Source: Tubiluchus corallicola
Taxonomy: Eukaryota > Animalia > Priapulida
Direction: 5' to 3'
DNA length: 64,000 bases
Assembly (NCBI GenBank): GCA_030141605.1
Contig: JAQGDQ010002388.1
Coordinates: 170,452 to 234,451 of the forward strand
Numbering within the stretch: position 1 is the first letter of the stretch; every line of letters begins with the position of its first letter. Of the stretch, positions 61,301 to 64,000 are shown piece after piece. The translations under genes were made by a program, and so were the position numbers. Under the pieces are notes generated by a model, which was not told the origin of the DNA, made no database searches, and saw only the letters and a program-made list of their open reading frames with translations.

Positions 61301-64000
61301 GCAAAGCATAATGGTACCGTTATTACTGGTATTCTTCAACCAGATGGGCGTCTACTTCTCCAATCTCCATTATTCGGAGAAATGTACATTGATCCTATTA
61401 CCGGTGAATGGCAGTATGAGCTCAGCACTGGTGTCGACCATGATAGCGCTGACGATATTATATTTGATATTGACTATGTTCTCACAGATGGAGATGCCGA
61501 TTACACTATTAGCAATATCCAATTGATAATTATCGATGACGAACCTTTTATTGAAGGGCCTGCTGTCCTCTGTGCTGATGATGAAAACTTACCACCCTCA
61601 AGCCACATTGCACGTGGCCCCCTGAATATTGATTGGGGCGCAGACGGTAAAGGTGCAGCCTACTTTATCGAAAATGACATTGAGAGAATGCCAACAGGTC
61701 TAACATCTGGAAACGAAGACCTTACATGGCATTATGTAAATGCAAGAAAAATTATTGCCGTAACAGAAAGCCATCCTAATGATGCTGTCATTGTCATTAA
61801 ATTAAACAATAGAACAGAAAAATGGGTTCTGAAAGTCAAAGGTGATATCGATCAAATCGATCCGGAAATGACCCCTCATCAGATCTCTGTTCCTTTTCAA
61901 GTCGTTGATAGCGATGGCTCAACTGCAGACGGAAATCTACATGGATGTATCCTTGATACAATTCCATCAGCAGACGGAAGTATCGTTGGAGGCCCTATCG
62001 CCGAGTTTAATATCCCAAACCCTGGAAACATAACATCAGGGCAGCTTGTTTTCAGCTATGGTGAAGATGGGCAAGGCGATATAGAGCTACATGGACCAGA
62101 AGGTGTAACAAGCGGCGGAATACCTTTGCAGTATCAATGGCACTCTACTATACATACACTGATCGCTAAGGCAGATGGCACTCTTATTTTCTCTATATAT
62201 GTCGACCCTAATGACGGCAATTGGGAATTTAAACTGTTCGGCCCGATTGATCACGCATATGAAACGCCGGAAGATGATTATCTTCTTTTAAACTTTGGAT
62301 ATATTGTTACAGACTCTGATGGAGAGCAGGCTTCAAGCTTTTTTGATATTCCGATTATTGATGATATTCCTATAGCACAAGGAAGCGATGTACCAAGACC
62401 TGTACGGGAAGAAAATATCAACACACCCGATGGCACAATATTTGGACAGCTCAATTTTGATTATGGTGAAGATGGTCCTGGAAGCTTTCTTCTGACCGAG
62501 CCTCCAGAAGGGCTGTCTAGTAATGGAACACCATTGTATTATGAATGGAACCAACCAACCCATACTATGGTAGCAACGGCTGGTGAAAACGGAGAACATG
62601 TATTTACAATGGTAATTAATCCTGAAACAGGGCAATGGGCCTTTTCTCTCCATGGTCCTCTTGATCACGATCCCTCTTTCCCCCCAATTCCAGGCCCTAA
62701 TCCAGAAAATTTCATTCTTCCTGTTCAATTTGGCTATATCGTAACTGATAGTGAGGGTGATACTGCTTCTAGCCACTTTACAGTTTCTGTTATTGATGAT
62801 ATTCCTACTGCGGATGGAAGTGACGTCTCTGGTCCTGTCAGTGAGAGCGATATTGGAACAGCTGCTGCCATTATTTCCGGCACACTTGATTTTGACTATG
62901 GTGAAGATGGACCTGGGGATATAGAGCTTACCGGTCCGGCCGGCCTTACAAGTGGTGGCGTGGCTCTGGTTTACAGCTGGGACCCTGCTACACATACTTT
63001 GAGCGCTACTGATGGTGTCAATCCTGTCTTTGAGATCATTGTCGACCCTCTCAATGGAGACTGGACCTTCCAGCTCCTTGGAACAATCGACCATCCTGCA
63101 GCAGGTTCTGATACACTTCCTGTTGATTTTGCCTACAGCGTGACAGATTTTGATGGCGATATCACTTCCAGCAGCTTTACAGTCACTATCGTTGATGATA
63201 TTCCTACTGCGGATGGAAGTGACGTCTCTGGTCCTGTCAGTGAGAGCGATATTGGAACAGCTGCTGCCATTATTTCCGGCACCCTTGATTTTGACTATGG
63301 TGAAGATGGACCTGGGGATATAGAGCTTACCGGTCCGGCCGGCCTTACAAGTGGTGGCGTGGCTCTGGTTTACAGCTGGGACCCTGCTACACATACTTTG
63401 AGCGCTACTGATGGTGTCAATCCTGTCTTTGAGATCATTGTCGACCCTCTCAATGGAGACTGGACCTTCCAGCTCCTTGGAACAATCGACCATCCTGCAG
63501 CAGGTTCTGATACACTTCCTGTTGATTTTGCCTATAGCGTGACAGATTTTGATGGCGATATCACTTCCAGCAGCTTTACAGTCACTATCGTTGATGATAT
63601 TCCTACTGCGGATGGAAGTGACGTCTCTGGTCCTGTCAGTGAGAGCGATATTGGAACAGCTGCTGCCATTATTTCCGGCACACTTGATTTTGACTATGGT
63701 GAAGATGGACCTGGGGATATAGAGCTTACCGGTCCGGCCGGCCTTACAAGTGGTGGCGTGGCTCTGGTTTACAGCTGGGACCCTGCTACTCATACTTTGA
63801 GCGCTACTGATGGTGTCAATCCTGTCTTTGAGATCATTGTCGACCCTCTCAATGGAGACTGGACCTTCCAGCTCCTTGGAACAATCGACCATCCTGCAGC
63901 AGGTTCTGATACACTTCCTGTTGATTTTGCCTACAGCGTGACAGATTTTGATGGCGATATCACTTCCAGCAGCTTTACAGTCACTATCGTTGATGATATT
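58301..64000 (+). CDS. Giant type I-secreted RTX/LapA-like adhesin with Ig-like (T1SS-143/DUF5801-like) repeats, 5-prime part only
   Basis: Translated by hand: GGAG SD, then MVKRTGLKTT..., no stop in 1900 codons to the window end; acidic; AVADxP...DGSE modules followed by DDIP...YGEDG...LTSGG...W.F.L...DH...DxDGD modules; absent from the ORF track because there is no stop codon in the window. Confidence 0.9.
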   Translation, partial: MVKRTGLKTTLIKLPSDQKTIVLKENQSYTLVFENIQPENIKIFRQNDMFILRFEDGQQVIIKNIAPVLNEEQNISFQFVKTDGRSADEIAAMGEQPIILKNILDIPTKEIAAGTRIDPFELDPIGEGIPFSDLLAMIGFSYSLASLVEKDDNFITYPPSTLLAGIGESDMPAGLTEENLPLEIARGNSPDLAALRENNSRDIFLNENLLTQGQATSTPVTDDSEAPLPFLPLPILSILSSQDPNEEIISLSLVTEGIPEGSFLTWNGAPLLDGDILSLRTLKRGSNTFETIDVPVQLDSENNISFNNLPDNIVFLFSLRIGLYLPDDSDENFSVSLTASTETIDPITLETVAAKTITRNVDVHIRAVADEPILETAIGEEALVDEEDAEESSFFPFPFPTTPPDGDYWEDDSRRTDDDGITIPFSIAVESGEEEKDGSESIVEITVSRNISGEQTTGLPEINFSSLLLSVIDDEGTLFEDVTVDSLGGTISIDENGNLIITLPPELQAQNVQAHGLTFQVASHSDDDFDVITTAKVIENRFNGDDDGETQEHLEETASAVNHVEIIAVADKPHLSAEISFSNDPNPSQFPFRILPEEQVVTFDFDVTFDDRDGSEAHTLYIKGIPTDGSGNPLWTPVISDETWLWNSEKSSWVMTVEDGQASGTIRFFTGEWTGLAFLRVIAIAKEESNEDIAIAFKPSFVFIKEDIPEITSTTDGTVDENALNNDIPIPEEPSTTTGTITVDMKTDEPAFGVIGVHLINQAAPTDLTSGGVPVIYDPIITYPNGTSSLFAKKADPSAEVVFRVDVTSEGAWNFELFESLDHPQLLSYEGSDTLPYRLIPAGTLYDNEDTPASTLWIIRNTTGLPESFTLIGNGGEWSHNFDVPAGHEMTIQSPIIEDDASHALFLQGEVDPLAEENASEIPYVDIIDLDFKVQAIDSDGDTSNIAEFTVTVIDDIPEAAENENIIVSEEELPDLIQRTGFLSMDTGADNTNAMITDVTAKHNGTVITGILQPDGRLLLQSPLFGEMYIDPITGEWQYELSTGVDHDSADDIIFDIDYVLTDGDADYTISNIQLIIIDDEPFIEGPAVLCADDENLPPSSHIARGPLNIDWGADGKGAAYFIENDIERMPTGLTSGNEDLTWHYVNARKIIAVTESHPNDAVIVIKLNNRTEKWVLKVKGDIDQIDPEMTPHQISVPFQVVDSDGSTADGNLHGCILDTIPSADGSIVGGPIAEFNIPNPGNITSGQLVFSYGEDGQGDIELHGPEGVTSGGIPLQYQWHSTIHTLIAKADGTLIFSIYVDPNDGNWEFKLFGPIDHAYETPEDDYLLLNFGYIVTDSDGEQASSFFDIPIIDDIPIAQGSDVPRPVREENINTPDGTIFGQLNFDYGEDGPGSFLLTEPPEGLSSNGTPLYYEWNQPTHTMVATAGENGEHVFTMVINPETGQWAFSLHGPLDHDPSFPPIPGPNPENFILPVQFGYIVTDSEGDTASSHFTVSVIDDIPTADGSDVSGPVSESDIGTAAAIISGTLDFDYGEDGPGDIELTGPAGLTSGGVALVYSWDPATHTLSATDGVNPVFEIIVDPLNGDWTFQLLGTIDHPAAGSDTLPVDFAYSVTDFDGDITSSSFTVTIVDDIPTADGSDVSGPVSESDIGTAAAIISGTLDFDYGEDGPGDIELTGPAGLTSGGVALVYSWDPATHTLSATDGVNPVFEIIVDPLNGDWTFQLLGTIDHPAAGSDTLPVDFAYSVTDFDGDITSSSFTVTIVDDIPTADGSDVSGPVSESDIGTAAAIISGTLDFDYGEDGPGDIELTGPAGLTSGGVALVYSWDPATHTLSATDGVNPVFEIIVDPLNGDWTFQLLGTIDHPAAGSDTLPVDFAYSVTDFDGDITSSSFTVTIVDDI
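62795..64000 (+). repeat. Tandem 399-bp (133-aa) near-identical coding repeats, 3 complete units plus start of a 4th
   Basis: Units start at 62795, 63194, 63593 and 63992 (GATGATATT); I found only three differences, all synonymous (ACA/ACC, TAC/TAT, ACA/ACT). Confidence 0.97.

Noticed and set aside
58723-61526. Several short ORFs (58723..59373, 59318..59665, 59521..59793, 60160..60564, 61293..61526 and others)
   Set aside because: All overlap the continuous adhesin frame and have no recognisable motifs
62333-63892. 519-aa repetitive minus-strand ORF in the track
   Set aside because: Antisense shadow of the adhesin repeats; the repeat differences are silent in the plus frame but change residues in this frame
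63092-63906. PAAG (LapG-type motif) inside each 133-aa repeat
   Set aside because: Lies in a loop of extracellular extender domains, out of reach of a periplasmic protease; probably coincidental
62795-64000. Possible CRISPR-like or mobile repeat array
   Set aside because: Units are 399 bp, contiguous, in frame and have no spacers

Overview
Low-GC (roughly 35% by eye) alphaproteobacterial chromosome segment, mostly housekeeping genes in recognisable alphaproteobacterial synteny: rpoH, gloB-methyltransferase-rnhA-thrC-M16 peptidase, yqgE/dsbD-like, coaD-gyrA, rimP-nusA-infB-rbfA-truB-rpsO-pnp, tsaB-fur-miaB-phoH-ybeY-corC-lnt-XRE-metK-trmB, yajC-secDF, dnaG-rpoD-tRNA-Ile2, rpmE, rluB-rsmD, rpe. 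One 731-nt assembly gap lies inside the dsbD-like gene. Accessory content: (i) a carbohydrate ABC importer with two paralogous binding proteins plus a GH32/GH68-clan fructofuranosidase; (ii) a nagA-mak sugar pair; (iii) an XRE/S24 phage-repressor-like gene lacking the catalytic Ser and the Ala-Gly cleavage site; (iv) an FMN/Fe-S oxidoreductase after pnp, possibly FabX/UfaA-like; (v) a giant T1SS/RTX-type adhesin missed by the ORF track (58301 to beyond the window end, at least 1900 codons). The adhesin has a consensus sigma-54 promoter, a LapA-like di-alanine site, a split domain, a lone Cys pair and near-identical 399-bp repeats of about 50% GC. The two sugar modules sit at the two ends of a 55-kb block separating tadA from rluB-rsmD, normally neighbours, which suggests one sugar island later split. 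No transposase, integrase, rRNA or CRISPR array was seen. All assignments come from motif recognition by eye, without database searches.
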